Positions 61,661 to 64,000 of a stretch of 64,000 bases of DNA are shown here, piece by piece. Numbering within the stretch: the first letter of the stretch is position 1; every line of letters starts with the position of its first letter. Both the position numbers and the translations under genes were made by a program. The stretch comes from Acidobacteriota bacterium (GTDB lineage Bacteria > Acidobacteriota > UBA890 > WLXD01), in the NCBI GenBank assembly GCA_965205505.1, contig CBDBHB010000009.1, positions 448,001 to 512,000 on the forward strand. The letters are read 5' to 3'. The notes beneath the pieces are model-generated. The model was not told the origin of the DNA, searched no databases, and saw only the letters and a list, made by a program, of their open reading frames with translations.

Positions 61661-62844
61661 CGTTCGGTGTCTGGCGTCGCCTCGGCGTCGGGCAGCCGCG
61701 CGACAAACCCCCATCCGAAGCGTAGGTCGTCGCTTACTGCCAGCACGAGCTCATTGGTGCCAACGCGCAGTGGTAGGAAGACGGTATCGTTGCCCAGGGC
61801 CACATGTCCAAGATAACCAGGATAGCGGCTTTGCCAGCTGTTAATGCCGGAGTACAGCGGCCTGCCGTTGAGAAACACCGTGACCTCGTCGCTATAGCCA
61901 ATGTCCATCCGCGCCAGGTACTCGCGCTCGGCCTCAATCGAGGTGCGAGCGAGGGCGGTCCATCGCCCGCGGCCCGGGCGTCCAAGCAGTCGGTTGAGGT
62001 TTACCAGGCCCGACTCCTCGGTCTCTGCTGATTGCCAGCCGGTGCCCGGCGGTATCGTCGCGACCGTCCCGTCGGCCGTCTGGAACGTGTCTGAGACCTG
62101 CCACTGCCTAATCAGGCCGGTGGACTCGACCGGTTCCTCAGCGGCTGGCGTGTCGAGAGCCGGGGCAGGAGTAACACGGATACGCGATAGCACCGCCGCC
62201 CAGGTATCGGGCTCGTTGTTCACCCGTGCCCAGAAACCGACCGCCCCTTGCGGTGACAAGCCACGCAAGCGCGATACCTGCAGCGCAGGCTCGACGCCGT
62301 CGTTGACGAACAGCTCCATGCGCATGCCGTTAACCTCAATGCGGATGTGTGTCCATTCCTTGCGTGGCAGCTCGGCGCCGGTCTGAAACTCCGGGCACAG
62401 CTGCCATGTCGACCCGTTGATTCGCGGAGCGTACTGGACAGCATCGAACTCGCCACTCTTGAAGGGTCGCAGGTAGACGTTCTCTTGGTTCTGAAAGGCC
62501 GTGCGACGAAACATCACGGCGGCGAAATGGCCGGCATCGGTGGGCGCTACGTCGAACTCGATGGTGCCAGAGGTGAAATCGGTGTCAGCAAGGACAACAT
62601 GGGTGTTGTTGCGCAACCACAACCCCTCCCTGCCGAGAAACGGTGCAACCCGCGCGTCCTGTGGCCGGTCGAATCGGGGGTTGTTGATGATCAGCTTCCA
62701 GCGGCCGTCTGATCCCTCTACGTCGAGGGTCTCGACAGCAGGCTGGGCTTGGCCAAGGGGCGGCGGCGCACTGTTCAGGCCAGCGAGGAGACACCCGACC
62801 GCGGCGAGTCTCGTCACCGACCGTCGGCCGGATGTGTTTCGCAT
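61657..62844 (-). CDS. Secreted beta-sandwich protein (DUF1080/LamG-like)
   Basis: Signal peptide; F..GTIEFDV, ENVYLRP, WTHIRIEV.G and GWGF motifs. Confidence 0.6.
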   Translation of the reverse strand: MRNTSGRRSVTRLAAVGCLLAGLNSAPPPLGQAQPAVETLDVEGSDGRWKLIINNPRFDRPQDARVAPFLGREGLWLRNNTHVVLADTDFTSGTIEFDVAPTDAGHFAAVMFRRTAFQNQENVYLRPFKSGEFDAVQYAPRINGSTWQLCPEFQTGAELPRKEWTHIRIEVNGMRMELFVNDGVEPALQVSRLRGLSPQGAVGFWARVNNEPDTWAAVLSRIRVTPAPALDTPAAEEPVESTGLIRQWQVSDTFQTADGTVATIPPGTGWQSAETEESGLVNLNRLLGRPGRGRWTALARTSIEAEREYLARMDIGYSDEVTVFLNGRPLYSGINSWQSRYPGYLGHVALGNDTVFLPLRVGTNELVLAVSDDLRFGWGFVARLPDAEATPDTER

Positions 62845-62914
62845 TGTCGTCGATCCTCGGGGAGCGAGGATGTGTCGGCTGCCGCGGCCCCCGAACTCGC
62901 CAGGTGCGCAGCTT

Positions 62915-62946
62915 ATCTATCTAAGTCTAAATCGACATAGATAGAT
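62915..62946. promoter_or_regulatory. AT-rich inverted repeat, candidate PadR operator
   Basis: atctatctaagtc-taaatc-gacatagatagat, about 70 bp upstream of the operon containing padR. Confidence 0.55.
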
Positions 62947-63528
62947 TTGCATGTCACCCGTCGCGTGAGATTCTGACTACTCGGGGGTGCGGCTTTCGGC
63001 GAGGAGCGCGTCGACCTTGTATGAACAGGTCGTCGCCGCGGACATCCAACGCCCGCCCGCGACCGTGTCGGTCGAGCAGCAGATTGGTCGGCAACCGGTC
63101 GATGCCGAACTCCAGCGCGATGGTGCCGTCCAAGGCGTGCGCGTCGAGGTTGATCAGAGCCCGCACGAGTTGGGCCCGATTAACGCTCCGTTGAGCAGCG
63201 CTGGTCGCTGCCGCGACCGTCAAACCAACCATGGCGATAACCAGACCGGTGACCAGACGGGCGCTGTCGGGGCGGGCGTTGCGCATTAGCAGTCGATCCG
63301 CGCTTCGAGACGGATGATAGGAGGGAAACGTGGCCCGCATACGTAGCTCGCATCACGAAGGGGCCGCGATCCAGGTCACCCTGGCATTGATCGGTGATGT
63401 TCCGACTCGAAGGCTGCAACACCAACAGTCGGCCGTTCGAGAGCAGTGGCCTGGAAGCCGAGACATCCGCGGTCAGGAACGGCCGTGAGGCCTCGATGTC
63501 GGGAGGCCTGCCGCGGACGCAGTCTACG

Positions 63529-63768
63529 TCAGGTGACGTCCTTCAACGTGAGGCCGTTCTTCTTCAGGTAGCGCAGCAAGCCGTCGCGGTCGATGCTCTT
63601 GAGCGCCGTGGTCGACAGCTTGAGGCGTACCGACCTTCCGAGCTCGGGTATCCACACTTTCTTGCGCGCCAGGTTCGGGCGGAACCACCGCTTGGTGCGG
63701 TTGTTCGCATGCGAGACATTGTTGCCCGAGCGGGGCCCCTTACCAGTTATCGCACACCTTCTGGCCAT
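63529..63768 (-). CDS. rpmB: 50S ribosomal protein L28
   Basis: [33 protein letters not shown]. Confidence 0.97.
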   Translation of the reverse strand: MARRCAITGKGPRSGNNVSHANNRTKRWFRPNLARKKVWIPELGRSVRLKLSTTALKSIDRDGLLRYLKKNGLTLKDVT

Positions 63769-64000
63769 GATTTTGATCTCTGAAATCATTCGGATGTTGC
63801 CGTGATCATCCGGGCGCTCACAGACAAGGAGCGTCACCGGAACGGCGAGAAACGCAAGGATAGCACAGCGACCCGCGTTCAGTGCGGGCCGTTGCGTGCC
63901 ACACTTCCACCACGGCCTGCTAGGTAACCCCGTCCCCTGGCTGCTCAAGGATGGACCCGATGCTCCGTCTTGGAACCCGCATGCTGCTGCCCCTCCCGTT

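Noticed and set aside
62954-63340. Functional thioredoxin/TlpA gene
   Set aside because: Only a C-terminal-like piece (FGIDRLPTNLLLDRHG) joined to a signal peptide, with no CxxC. Probably a deletion remnant.

Overview
GC-rich bacterial DNA. The ADOP permease + PadR pair, VWA/TPR, DUF885 and many secreted amidohydrolases suggest Acidobacteriota or a similar lineage (inference). Metabolic blocks include SDRs, a TRAP transporter, amidohydrolases, ettA, two tandem PQQ/heme-c dehydrogenases, an SSS transporter-amidase operon and rpmB. Four accessory regions stand out. (1) At 49308-50709 an IS1111-type IS110 element sits inside the terminal inverted repeat of a CTAG-flanked MITE, and its 3' non-coding region has readable target- and donor-matching guide loops (bridge/seekRNA). 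(2) At about 16.9-22.9 kb, co-oriented small unrelated genes are separated by several families of recurring repeats, including a CTACCGAG core at gene boundaries and a duplicated 100-nt hairpin; this looks like a cassette-shuffling array. (3) At 2.2-4.8 kb an HprK-like kinase, a PqqD(RRE)-Cys-rich peptide fusion and a nucleotidyltransferase form a RiPP-like cassette. (4) At 35-38 kb there is a tRNA-Leu(CAA) 3' fragment, an integrase remnant and an IS3. Several single-base frameshifts and abruptly truncated genes suggest sequencing or assembly errors or joined contigs, so pseudogene calls are tentative.
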